Below, piece after piece: positions 25,665 through 35,016 of a stretch of DNA of 35,159 bases (its first letter is position 1; each line of letters opens with the position of its first letter). The stretch is from a virus (lineage: Duplodnaviria > Caudoviricetes). A model generated the notes under the pieces. It saw nothing but the letters and a program-made list of their open reading frames with translations. It was not told where the DNA came from and did no database searches. The stretch covers positions 1-35,159 of the IMG/VR virus record IMGVR_UViG_3300033405_000050; one strand, 5' to 3'. The position numbers and the translations under genes were made by a program.

Positions 25665-26451
25665 CGGCATCCCCAACGGTGGGGTCACCCAGCAAATCAA
25701 CTGGGGTGAATACAATGCCGTGGCCTTTGCCATTCAGCAGGCCTTGGCCAAGATGCAGACGGCTACCCTAGTCAAGATCATCTCTTGCACCAATGCCGGG
25801 GATTTGTCTCCCGTGGGCCTCGTGGATGTGCTGCCCTTGGTAAATCAGCTTGACGCGAGCCGCAACCCGACGCCCCATGTCACGATCCACAACCTGCCCT
25901 ATATGCGCGTCCAGGGTGGCAAGAACGCCATAATCATGGACCCCCAGGAAGGGGACATTGGCTTGGCCTGTTTTTGCTCCCGGGACATTTCCAAGGTCAA
26001 GAGCACCAAAGACCAGGCAAACCCTGGGAGTTGGCGGCAATATAGCTTTTCGGATGGTGTTTATCTTGGCGGCATGTTGAACGGGACCCCGAATCAATTT
26101 ATTCAATACCTTCCATCCGGGATAAACATCACCACGCAAGTAGGGGCCGTGGGGGTCACCGTAAATGCCCCTGTGGGTAATGTCATGTTGACAGCCGGGG
26201 CCGGTGATGATGCTGTTTCCTTGAACCTCATAAAGGACAAGGGGATAATCCTTACCTACGATAAACGTATTATCATGCTAGGGTATGATGGATTAACTTC
26301 GATTACGGACGGGGTAAGTACAATATCACTAAATGATGACGGAACGATCACCGTGAACGCGCCGGTAAGTATTCTTGTGAATAGCCCCAATGTGGAATTT
26401 ACAGGGAACGTAAAGGTTGATGGCTATCTAGAGGCCCCGATAGGCGGGTAG
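25642..26451 (+). CDS. Baseplate central spike (Gp138/gpV-like)
   Basis: VDV.PLVNQ, PY.R.QGG.NAII.DP..GDIG....CSRDIS, SDG.Y.GG, then beta-strand repeats. Confidence 0.87.
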   Translation: MASPSPNSGIPNGGVTQQINWGEYNAVAFAIQQALAKMQTATLVKIISCTNAGDLSPVGLVDVLPLVNQLDASRNPTPHVTIHNLPYMRVQGGKNAIIMDPQEGDIGLACFCSRDISKVKSTKDQANPGSWRQYSFSDGVYLGGMLNGTPNQFIQYLPSGINITTQVGAVGVTVNAPVGNVMLTAGAGDDAVSLNLIKDKGIILTYDKRIIMLGYDGLTSITDGVSTISLNDDGTITVNAPVSILVNSPNVEFTGNVKVDGYLEAPIGG

Positions 26452-26455
26452 GGTC

Positions 26456-26809
26456 ATGTACAATACGCTTCTTCTTGATGACACAAATTGGGATTTGGCC
26501 GTGGATAACTTCGGGAACATCGCCATCACGGAACCTTCATATGCCCTGGCTCAGGATGTGGCTAGTGCGATAAGGCTTTTTCTAGGGGAACTCTGGTATG
26601 ACACAACCCAAGGCATACCTTACTTCCAAAAGATTCTTGGCCACCTTCCTCCCCAGGCCCTTTATGTCGGGTACAACGTCCAGGCCGCGCTCAGTGTACC
26701 CGGGGTTGTAGAGGCAAAATGCACCGTCATCACCTTTACCGAGCGCGAGATACAGGGACAGGTAACCTTCGTGGACCAGAATGGAGTTGAACAAAATGTC
26801 ATCCTCTAA
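26456..26809 (+). CDS. Baseplate wedge / sheath initiator (gp25-like)
   Basis: WDL..D..GNIA, AQDVASAIRLF.GE.WYDTTQGIPY. Confidence 0.85.
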   Translation: MYNTLLLDDTNWDLAVDNFGNIAITEPSYALAQDVASAIRLFLGELWYDTTQGIPYFQKILGHLPPQALYVGYNVQAALSVPGVVEAKCTVITFTEREIQGQVTFVDQNGVEQNVIL

Positions 26810-28010
26810 TGTTCCCGATATCACCTGGACCGCCGCCGGGCTCATTATCCCCACGGATGCTGAAATTCTTACTGGTGTCCAGGCGGATATAAATCAGGCC
26901 TTTGGTGGAAACCTGAATCCGGCCCTTTCCACTCCTCAGGGCCAGCTTGCATCCTCCACAGCGGCCATCGTTTCGGATAAAAACGCGGCGGTTGCTTACA
27001 TCACCAACCAGGTGGACCCTCAGTATGCCCAAGACCGTTTTCAGGATGCCATAGGACGCATTTACTTCCTGACCCGCAACCCAGCAACCGCGACCGCCGT
27101 TCAATGCACTCTGACCGGCCTAGCGGGCGCTGTGATTCCTGCCGGGACATTCGCGCAGGATACGAACCAAAACACCTATGCCGCGACCGAGGATATCACC
27201 ATCGGCTCGGGCGGAACTGTCACGGGTGAATTTCAGAATATCCTCACCGGCCCCATACCGTGCCCGCCTGGAACGCTTACGCAGGTGTACCAGGCCATCC
27301 CCGGCTGGGATGCGATCACCAACGCCACGGCGGGCACACTGGGCCAAAATGTGGAGAGCCGGGCGGATTTCGAGTTCCGCCGCAAAAACTCGGTCGCGGT
27401 TAATGCTCACGGCAGCAATCAGGCCGTTTACGGGGCCGTGTTCAGTGTGGCCGATGTGCTCGACGTATACGTGATCGACAATCCGACCAGCGCGACCGTG
27501 AACACCGGAGCAACCAACTATCCGATGCTCCCACACTCCCTTTATGTGGCCGTGGTCGGGGGTCTGGCGGCGGATATCGCCACGGCCATCTGGACCAAGA
27601 AAGACCTGGGGTGTGATACCAATGGGAACACCTCGGTTACTGTGGTCGATGAATCCGGGTATAGCTACCCGCAACCCAGCTACAACATCAAGTTTGAGAT
27701 TCCCGCATACCTGCCGATTCTCTTCGCGGTAAACATCGTCAATAACCCCCTGCTCCCTGCGAATATTACGAGCCTGATCCAGACCCAAATACTTGCTCAG
27801 TTCAACGGGACTAATGGAGGCCTGCGGGAGCGGATCGGCGGCGAAATCTTTGCCAGCCGATATTACGGTCCCGTGGCCCTGGCCGATCCCAATGTGTCCA
27901 TACTTTCAATATTGATCGGAACCACGGAGGCCACCCTAAACTCTGCCTTGGTGGGGATTGACCAGGCCCCAACTGTAAGCGCGTCAAACATAGTCGTTAA
28001 CCTCATCTGA
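26796..28010 (+). CDS. Baseplate J-like wedge protein
   Basis: AFGG.LN....TPQGQLA, QDAIGRIYF..R, G...ESRA.FE.RR, HS.YV.V.GG. ATG 26796 after GGAG. Confidence 0.92.
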   Translation: MSSSNVPDITWTAAGLIIPTDAEILTGVQADINQAFGGNLNPALSTPQGQLASSTAAIVSDKNAAVAYITNQVDPQYAQDRFQDAIGRIYFLTRNPATATAVQCTLTGLAGAVIPAGTFAQDTNQNTYAATEDITIGSGGTVTGEFQNILTGPIPCPPGTLTQVYQAIPGWDAITNATAGTLGQNVESRADFEFRRKNSVAVNAHGSNQAVYGAVFSVADVLDVYVIDNPTSATVNTGATNYPMLPHSLYVAVVGGLAADIATAIWTKKDLGCDTNGNTSVTVVDESGYSYPQPSYNIKFEIPAYLPILFAVNIVNNPLLPANITSLIQTQILAQFNGTNGGLRERIGGEIFASRYYGPVALADPNVSILSILIGTTEATLNSALVGIDQAPTVSASNIVVNLI

Positions 28011-28019
28011 GAAAATGAA

Positions 28020-28688
28020 ATGCAAGACGTTTTAAAGACAGTCATATCTCAGTACGGCAATAGCCCCAGGCTTTTGCAGTTGATAAATAATGTCAACGAA
28101 TACATTGACCCCAGCATTGACATAGACAACTTTTACGATTTCGTCTGGAATATTGAAACGGCGGTGGGCTTTGGCCTGGACATCTGGGGCCGAATCGTCG
28201 GGATAAGTCGGAACCTACAGCTTCCCGATACTCCGCAGTTTTTCGGATATTCCCAGGCCCTCCCGGGTTCGTTCCCATTTTCGCAAGAACCATTTTTCAG
28301 TGGTCAAGCGCCTTTGACCAACACCTACAGCCTGTCCGATGACTATTTCCGTATTTTGATCCTGGCCAAGGCCCTTTCAAACCTGTCCGCAACGACTGTC
28401 CCCGCCATAAACGCAATAATGAATTATGTTTTTTCAGGTGACGGACGATTCTATTGCAACGACATGGGCCACATGCAAATGCGATATACCTTCGAGTTTA
28501 CGCTTGAGCCATTTCAGTTGGCCATCATCACCCAGACCAAGATTTTCCCCGTACCATGCGGAGTCAGGGCTACCGTTTTCAATAGTCCTCTTCCACTGTT
28601 CGGCTTTTCCGAGGCAGGAACCATTACCGCCGCACCTTTTGGACAAAGCGTATTTTTACCCGTAGGAGCCCTAGATGAACTCAACTAA
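28020..28688 (+). CDS. Baseplate wedge protein (DUF2612)
   Basis: ISQY.NSP, WN..TA.GFGLDIWGRIVG, L.D..(Y/F)R.LI.AKA..N, P.P.GV. Confidence 0.9.
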   Translation: MQDVLKTVISQYGNSPRLLQLINNVNEYIDPSIDIDNFYDFVWNIETAVGFGLDIWGRIVGISRNLQLPDTPQFFGYSQALPGSFPFSQEPFFSGQAPLTNTYSLSDDYFRILILAKALSNLSATTVPAINAIMNYVFSGDGRFYCNDMGHMQMRYTFEFTLEPFQLAIITQTKIFPVPCGVRATVFNSPLPLFGFSEAGTITAAPFGQSVFLPVGALDELN

Positions 28689-30144
28689 TGCGCCGGCCAA
28701 GGTCGTTTTGCCCTTCGCGGCTGAAAGCGCCCTAAAAACCACTATCCCCGTACTGTCTCAAATTGGCATAACTCCTGGGGCTGCATCTTACACGGACGGA
28801 TTTCCGCCGCTTACCATGACCCCTCTGGCTGCTGGCGGCATACCGCCCTCTGGCCAGGACATGAATGGCATCTTGAACGCCCTGAGTGCCCTGAATCAAT
28901 GGTACTCCCTGGGGGCCGGTTTTCCCTACGATCCTACCGCAGCCTCAAACGCGAACATCCTGGGTTACCCCAAGGGTGCCCGGGTCATGAGGTCGGATGG
29001 TACTGGCTACTGGCTGAACACCGTGGACGGCAACGAGGTCAACCCCGAGTCGGTGACCACGGGGGCGGCGGCCTCGGCGGGATGGGTCCCCGATCTTACG
29101 AACGGCATCGCCTCGATCACCATGACCAGCGCCAACGTGACCCTAACCCCGGCCCAGTATGGCAAGCCGATTATAACCATCACGGGCGCGCTTACGGCCA
29201 ATCTCAACTTGATCTTTCCCAGCATGGCCGGGGCCTGGATCATAAACAACGCCTGCACCGGAGGGCATACTGTAACCTGCAAGACCGCTGCTGGCACAGG
29301 TATCGCGGTAAGCACCGGGAGCGCCGTCTATGTCTTTGGGGATTCGGTCAACATCTACTCCGCGCCATCTAGTGGGGGCAGTGGAATACCAGCCGGGATA
29401 CCTTCCCTCTGGGCCTCCGATACCATCCCCTATTGGGCGCTTCTGTGTGATGGAAGTTTTTATCCCCGAAATGTCTATCCGGCCTTATACAGCATCATTG
29501 GCTTGGCCGAAGGCGATTTGATCTCAAGCGCGGGGACTGCTGTAACCAGCATTTCCTCCAGTACCGATTACATAGGCATTGGAACTGCGCTCCCCACTGG
29601 CTATGTGGTCCAGTTTTCCACTACGGGAACGATGCCAAATGGACTCTTGGCCGCCACGGACTATTGGGTGCGCAACCAGGTTAGCAACACCTTCCAGGTG
29701 TCACTCACGGCCACAGGCCCGATAGTCAACTTCACCACCAATGGCACAGGCACCCTCAAGGTCTTAAGTTCGAGCTTTCGTACCCCCATTTCGGAAGGCT
29801 ATGCCATCCGGATAAAAGACAATGGGCGCGGCGTCGACTTGCAATCCGCGAGCCGCTTGGCTCGCGGTGACGGAACCATGGGCGATGCAGTTCTGACCAT
29901 CCAGGAAGATGGAATCAAGAAGCACAACCACCCCATGGGTAATGGTGGTGGTGCGGCGGGCGGGACTAGTCTTTTAAACTATCAAAACTGGAATGCTGCT
30001 GGTGCCCCTTATAATGCGTACACCCTGGATATGGCAGTAACCGGGGACACTTTGATTCCTGCCGATTTTGCCAATGTGCCGCAAGCCTTGGAAACCACGA
30101 TGAAGAACAAATATTTCAACCTCATTATCTCCAACGGATATTAG
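28675..30144 (+). CDS. Tail fibre with collar-like domain
   Basis: AS...GFPP.TM.P..AGG.PP.G.D.NG.L and GYPKGA N-terminus. LLCDGS..R..YP.L...IG collar. Q.D.IKKHNH. Confidence 0.88.
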   Translation: MNSTNAPAKVVLPFAAESALKTTIPVLSQIGITPGAASYTDGFPPLTMTPLAAGGIPPSGQDMNGILNALSALNQWYSLGAGFPYDPTAASNANILGYPKGARVMRSDGTGYWLNTVDGNEVNPESVTTGAAASAGWVPDLTNGIASITMTSANVTLTPAQYGKPIITITGALTANLNLIFPSMAGAWIINNACTGGHTVTCKTAAGTGIAVSTGSAVYVFGDSVNIYSAPSSGGSGIPAGIPSLWASDTIPYWALLCDGSFYPRNVYPALYSIIGLAEGDLISSAGTAVTSISSSTDYIGIGTALPTGYVVQFSTTGTMPNGLLAATDYWVRNQVSNTFQVSLTATGPIVNFTTNGTGTLKVLSSSFRTPISEGYAIRIKDNGRGVDLQSASRLARGDGTMGDAVLTIQEDGIKKHNHPMGNGGGAAGGTSLLNYQNWNAAGAPYNAYTLDMAVTGDTLIPADFANVPQALETTMKNKYFNLIISNGY

Positions 30145-30153
30145 GGGGGACCC

Positions 30154-30885
30154 ATGATCTTTTATCTCTATGATCCGAACAGCTTTGAGCTGATAGGCCC
30201 TCGGGAAGTTGTCGCCAATCCACAGACGGGCGGATATTCGGCTCCGGCTCATTCCACTCATGTTGTGCCGCCTGCCTTGGCCGCGAACCAGGCCGCTGTA
30301 TTTAGCCCAACGACCGGAGCATGGAGTACAGTCCCAGACTGGCGGGGGGTCACCTTCTACAATGTGACTACGGGAGCGCCCGTTTCCTTGGCCTTGGGAC
30401 AGGTCCCCGACAAAACCATGAGCCAAATCCAGCCAGTCATAAACCTGGTCAATCAGGCCTTGGCCGCCCTGGGCATGTCCTACACCAACACCCTATACGG
30501 CACCTTCACGGATGCCAACGGGAACACCTGGCAAGTGGATGCGACCAGCCGGGCGCTTATGACTGGCACCGAGGCCAAGATAGCTGGGGGCATGGTGCTT
30601 CCCGTCAATTTCTCCTGGCTCAATCTGGCCAACGTGGCTGTCCCCATGACTGCCGATCAGTTCCAGGCTCTCACCGCTGCCATGTTTGCATGGACTCAGG
30701 CCATGTTCAGTCAGTACCAAGCCCAGAAGACGGCCATATCCGCACTCACCACGATCAAAGCTGTACAGACCTATCAAATCCCCGCATGGCCCACTTCCAC
30801 CTCTTTCAGCATCCCGAACGCCGCAGTTTCAAATGCGGCCCCGGCTTCCAATGCCAGCACTACCCCGATGTCCTCTGGGAGTTAA
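30154..30885 (+). CDS. Tail fibre assembly protein (Tfa-like N-terminus, DUF4376-like C-terminus)
   Basis: PAHST...PP......A.F....W..VPD.RG, then WQVD..SR, W....N..VPMT..Q. Confidence 0.75.
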   Translation: MIFYLYDPNSFELIGPREVVANPQTGGYSAPAHSTHVVPPALAANQAAVFSPTTGAWSTVPDWRGVTFYNVTTGAPVSLALGQVPDKTMSQIQPVINLVNQALAALGMSYTNTLYGTFTDANGNTWQVDATSRALMTGTEAKIAGGMVLPVNFSWLNLANVAVPMTADQFQALTAAMFAWTQAMFSQYQAQKTAISALTTIKAVQTYQIPAWPTSTSFSIPNAAVSNAAPASNASTTPMSSGS

Positions 30886-30888
30886 GTC

Positions 30889-32208
30889 ATGAGCGTGGTC
30901 ACGGTCACTTGTACGATATTGGATTCATCCGGGGCTGTTGTCCCGGATGCCAATATTGTTTTCCAACTCGTGAGGAATGCGAGTACCCCGGATGGTGTCT
31001 TGCTCTCCACGCGAGTCACCGTCACGGCCGATTCCTCTGGGGTTGCCACGGTCCAGCTTTATCCATATGCGTATTGCAACTCCCCGTACAATGTTTACAT
31101 ATCATCTCCCGATGACCAATACCATGCCAACGGAACGGCTTATGTTCTCTCGGCAGATTGCACCCTAGACGAGATTTTCCAGGCGAATGGCAACCCTGCA
31201 ACATCTCTTCTTGAGACATCCGTAACCGAGTGCCAGCAGGCCGTTACCACGGTCCTTTCCAATGCGAGTTTTGTATCTGCCCACTCGGCCAGCGCCCAAG
31301 AAAGCGCTTCAAATGCAGCACTATCGGCTGCTGCGGCTCTTTCCTCGGAATTGGCATCAAATCTAAGCGCGACAAGCGCCGCCCAAAGTGAAGCCGCTGC
31401 AGCCGCTTCAGCGGCGGCGGCAAACACGGCAGCGGAGAATGCTTTCACCTGGGGGACCGCAGCCCAGGGGGCCGTTGCCGAGGCCGAAGGATACGCCTCA
31501 AATGCGACCTTATCAGCCACGGCGGCGGCGGGGTCGGCTTCCACGGCTACAACAGAAGCTGGGACAGCTACGACTCAGGCGGGAAACGCCGCGTCCAGTG
31601 CCTCTTCCGCTTCCTCTTCGGCTTCCACGGCCACAACCCAGGCAGGACTTGCCGGGACCTATGCGGCCAATGCTCACGCCAGTGCCTCCAACGCGAACTT
31701 GTCTTCCATTGCGGCGGCCAATTATGCCTCGGCTCTTTTCACGACTTCCACCACTTCCTTGACCATCGGAACTGGTACGCAAACCCTCACCGTACCCGCT
31801 GGCTTGCAGTTCAAGGCCGGGCAATATGTGCTCATTTACGAAACGGCCACGCCTTCCAATTGGATGACAAGCCAGGTCACGAACTATAGCGGGACTTCCC
31901 TGGTGGTGTCGGTCACATACGTCAACGGGAGTGGTACGTCTTCGGCTTGGAGTGTGTCGCTTGCTGGTGCGCCAAATCCCTCGGTTACGCTTCAGTCGCA
32001 GGCGAACAATACTCTCCTGGGCAATGTGTCCGGTTCATCGTCCGCCCCTTCCGCCTTGACAGTTTCACAGGTGCAAACACTACTTGGGGCCGGATCAGCA
32101 AATGGGCTTGCCACACTAGATTCCACAGGAAGCATCCCGGCCACGCAACTGAAAAACTCCCCCAGCTATCTAGTGACGGAACTCATGTTCTGGTCAGGAG
32201 GCTATTGA
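30889..32208 (+). CDS. Second fibre-like protein, Ala/Ser-rich (Stf-like architecture)
   Basis: N-terminal beta domain (TADSSG.A.V.LYP), about 150-aa AS-rich coil, TSTTSLTIGTG module, ANGLATLD.TG.IP..QL motif. Confidence 0.75.
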   Translation: MSVVTVTCTILDSSGAVVPDANIVFQLVRNASTPDGVLLSTRVTVTADSSGVATVQLYPYAYCNSPYNVYISSPDDQYHANGTAYVLSADCTLDEIFQANGNPATSLLETSVTECQQAVTTVLSNASFVSAHSASAQESASNAALSAAAALSSELASNLSATSAAQSEAAAAASAAAANTAAENAFTWGTAAQGAVAEAEGYASNATLSATAAAGSASTATTEAGTATTQAGNAASSASSASSSASTATTQAGLAGTYAANAHASASNANLSSIAAANYASALFTTSTTSLTIGTGTQTLTVPAGLQFKAGQYVLIYETATPSNWMTSQVTNYSGTSLVVSVTYVNGSGTSSAWSVSLAGAPNPSVTLQSQANNTLLGNVSGSSSAPSALTVSQVQTLLGAGSANGLATLDSTGSIPATQLKNSPSYLVTELMFWSGGY

Positions 32209-32209
32209 C

Positions 32210-32527
32210 ATGTCCCAGGCTTACAAAACGTGGTCATTGCATGCTGTGACTGCCAGCACTACGACCGACCTAATCACCCCAGCTTCCAGCCTCACGTCCG
32301 TGCTTTCAGTGGCCAGGTTCACGAATACCGGAAGCGTGCAAGGCAATTTGACCCTTACGCGCACGGACAGTTCTAACAATGTGCTGGCCACCATCCTCAC
32401 AACGGAGCCCATCGCGCCGAACGCCACTTTTGAGTTGCGGGGGTTGGCATGCCTAAACCCAAACAAAATCCGGGTCTATTTCGACCAGAGTGGCCTTGAC
32501 TGCGATGTCAGCGGTTCGGAGGGTTAG
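32210..32527 (+). CDS. Hypothetical beta-rich virion protein
   Basis: RBS AGGAGG, tightly packed between fibre genes. Confidence 0.75.
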   Translation: MSQAYKTWSLHAVTASTTTDLITPASSLTSVLSVARFTNTGSVQGNLTLTRTDSSNNVLATILTTEPIAPNATFELRGLACLNPNKIRVYFDQSGLDCDVSGSEG

Positions 32528-32528
32528 C

Positions 32529-33767
32529 ATGAAGCCCAAGCGCAAAAGCCTCTTCACACGGCTGCTATCGATATTCCTGGCCGTAGCGTTGCTGCTCCCG
32601 TCGCTTGCCCTGGGCCAGGGCAAGCCCGGGACCATATACACCCCGACGCCAAACGCCCAGGCTTGGACGTACAAATGGACGTGCCCGTCGGGCTCATCCC
32701 TGGCCAACCTGTTCGCGCTCTATCCCAGCCAGGGCAACGTCACCATCTCCACGGCCACCCAGATACCCACCACGCTTGACGGTCCTATTCAGGTGGTGCG
32801 GTACGGAAACTTGACCGTCAATGCGGCCCTCACCACCACCAACCGCAATCGCGGTCTGATCATCCTGTGCGACTCCCTGACCATGGGCGCGTCCGGGTCC
32901 ATATCCATGACCGGGAGGGGGGCAGCCGGCGACGCGAACTGGGTCGTCCAGGACTTGCTAGTTCCGACGAGCATCGTCCTTACCGGCCAGAACACCAGGC
33001 AACAGGCCTTTTTCCAGTACATCGCGTCAACTGGGTATTTCCTCGGAGATCCTAACCTTTTCGCCAGGCCGCCTCCAGGATTTGGCGACGTCCAGGCGGA
33101 CTACGCCTCATGGGTGGGCCGTGGAACATCCATTATTTCAGCGGCGGGATGCGGAACGGGCGCGTCGGGACATCCGTATTATTATAACAACGGGGGCGGA
33201 GGAGCCAACGGGTATGCTGGGTCTGCCGGGTCAAGTGCCCCTGGAGGAGGAGGTGGGGGCGGAATTTATGTCGCCGGCGCAGCTATTTATAGTGGGCGAG
33301 GTGGCCCCGGGACTCCCTGGGGTGGTGGTTCGGCTTCTGGGGGTGTCTATGGAGCAGCTGCCTTCTTCTCTGTAGATGCAGATCAATATGGGGGGGCCGG
33401 ATCAGCTGGTGCCGGTTTTGATGCAGGAGGGGGAGCGGGCAACCCTCCCGGGGTTGCCGCTTCTGGTGGTTCTAATGGGGGAACCGGCACTGGCGGCGAT
33501 TTAATTATTTTGGTGCGTGGGAACGTCACGCTTACAACCGGGCATCTTCTCTCCGCCAATGGCATTGCAGGCGGATCGGGAGGAGCTGGTTCAGGGGGCG
33601 CTGGATCCGGCGGCGGGAAGGTGGGTCTTTATTACCTAGGGACATTAACTGGGACGCCCAACTTGACAGCTACAGGTGGCTCGGGTGGCTTGGGAACGGG
33701 GGCGAATGGAGGTGTTGGTGGTGCAGGCGCCACTACATCAACACCATTTTCCGCAGCGGGGTATTAA
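32529..33767 (+). CDS. Glycine-rich protein (putative receptor-binding/adhesin) with an N-terminal signal peptide
   Basis: ATG 32529 after GGAGG. MKPKRKSLFTRLLSIFLAVALLLPSLALG, then GGxG repeats in the C-terminal half. Confidence 0.8.
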   Translation: MKPKRKSLFTRLLSIFLAVALLLPSLALGQGKPGTIYTPTPNAQAWTYKWTCPSGSSLANLFALYPSQGNVTISTATQIPTTLDGPIQVVRYGNLTVNAALTTTNRNRGLIILCDSLTMGASGSISMTGRGAAGDANWVVQDLLVPTSIVLTGQNTRQQAFFQYIASTGYFLGDPNLFARPPPGFGDVQADYASWVGRGTSIISAAGCGTGASGHPYYYNNGGGGANGYAGSAGSSAPGGGGGGGIYVAGAAIYSGRGGPGTPWGGGSASGGVYGAAAFFSVDADQYGGAGSAGAGFDAGGGAGNPPGVAASGGSNGGTGTGGDLIILVRGNVTLTTGHLLSANGIAGGSGGAGSGGAGSGGGKVGLYYLGTLTGTPNLTATGGSGGLGTGANGGVGGAGATTSTPFSAAGY

Positions 33768-33851
33768 GTCTTGAAACAATCCCGGGGTCTCATCTTCTCG
33801 GACATGGCACAGTCCATGCTCTTCACCCATACGCTGTCGGCAGCGTAAAAT

Positions 33852-33878
33852 CGGGGGCCTAAGCCCCCGTTTCGTTTT
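33852..33878 (+). terminator. Rho-independent terminator ending the late operon
   Basis: CGGGGGC-CTAA-GCCCCCG followed by TTTCGTTTT. Confidence 0.8.
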
Positions 33879-33891
33879 CATAGGACGCCTT

Positions 33892-34671
33892 ATGATTCTG
33901 AGAAATAAGAAAATCCCATGTCATCGGCTCCCTGAGACCGTAGACTTGTGGAATCTTGGGGATGTGCATCGCGGCGATGAATCATGCGATGTTGATCTAT
34001 TCCAGCGTGCCATAAAGATGATCTATAAAAGCCCGGATACCCGCTGGATTTCCACGGGGGACTTACTGAATGTCGCCCTTAAAAGCTCTAAGTCCTCGCC
34101 ATATTCAAGTCTGAGTCTGGAAAAAGAAGTAGAAGAATTAGCGAAGGATTTGGCCCCGATCGCAGATAAGTGTCTAGGCTTCGTGGGCAGTAATCACCAC
34201 TTACGGCTAATGAGGGAAACAGGCCTAAACCTGGACAAGATAATCGCTAACCGTCTGGGTATTCCCTATCTGGGTGCTATTGGGAAGCTCGGGATATTCT
34301 GTAGTACAAGTCTATTCATGGTGGCCATGCATCATGGCGTAGGGGGGGGCAAGACCTTGGGGGCGAAAGCCAACGTTCAGGATCGCTTGCGTACCACGAT
34401 TGCGCCATGTTATGACCTCTATCTTCTTGGTCATACGCATACTTATCTTGAATCAGACGCAAGTGCCAATCTTTTGATAAGACGCGATGTGGTTGAAATA
34501 ACCATTCCCCAAAAAATAGTCACTACGGCGCATTGCCTGGATTATGACGATTCCTATGCCCCGGATATGATGCTTGAGGAAAGGCCAAAAGGGTTTGCGG
34601 TCATCACTTTGAAGGGAAGTCGAAGCGGAAACCAGGATAAGAAAGAGATCAAAGCCACGAGGTGGTCATGA
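33892..34671 (+). CDS. Calcineurin-like metallophosphoesterase
   Basis: GDVHRG, GDLLN, GSNHH, HHG, GHTH motifs in canonical order. Confidence 0.9.
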   Translation: MILRNKKIPCHRLPETVDLWNLGDVHRGDESCDVDLFQRAIKMIYKSPDTRWISTGDLLNVALKSSKSSPYSSLSLEKEVEELAKDLAPIADKCLGFVGSNHHLRLMRETGLNLDKIIANRLGIPYLGAIGKLGIFCSTSLFMVAMHHGVGGGKTLGAKANVQDRLRTTIAPCYDLYLLGHTHTYLESDASANLLIRRDVVEITIPQKIVTTAHCLDYDDSYAPDMMLEERPKGFAVITLKGSRSGNQDKKEIKATRWS

Positions 34672-34949
34672 ACGATCGCGGCTCAATCCTGGACAAGGCG
34701 AAGGCCATTATCAACGGAGAACGCCAGGATGCATACGGTGATCCAGAAGACAGTTTTAAGCTGATCGCTGCCTATTGGGGAGCATACTTGCACGAGCCCA
34801 TTACGCCTCTTGACGTGGCCCATATGATGATGTTGCTTAAGTTGGCCCGGATGTCCGGGCAAATGCCTCATGAGGACAATTATGTGGACCTGGCGGGCTA
34901 TGCGGGGATCGCTGGGGACATGGTAAGCGGCAATGAGTCCCCGGCATAA
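34668..34949 (+). CDS. DUF6378-like phage protein
   Basis: IL..A..IING.RQ..YG.PEDSF..IA..W..YL...DVA.MM.LLKLAR...DNYVDLAGYA. ATGA overlap. Confidence 0.85.
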   Translation: MNDRGSILDKAKAIINGERQDAYGDPEDSFKLIAAYWGAYLHEPITPLDVAHMMMLLKLARMSGQMPHEDNYVDLAGYAGIAGDMVSGNESPA

Positions 34950-34960
34950 TCAGGGCCATC

Positions 34961-34994
34961 CTGACCATTTCGTCCGCCCGGGCAAAATGGTCAG
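34961..34994. terminator. Hairpin between convergent genes
   Basis: CTGACCATTT / AAATGGTCAG 10-bp perfect arms plus an inner stem. No U-tract, so the function is uncertain. Confidence 0.45.
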
Positions 34995-35016
34995 CGGGCG
35001 GTCAGGTCGGGCACGG

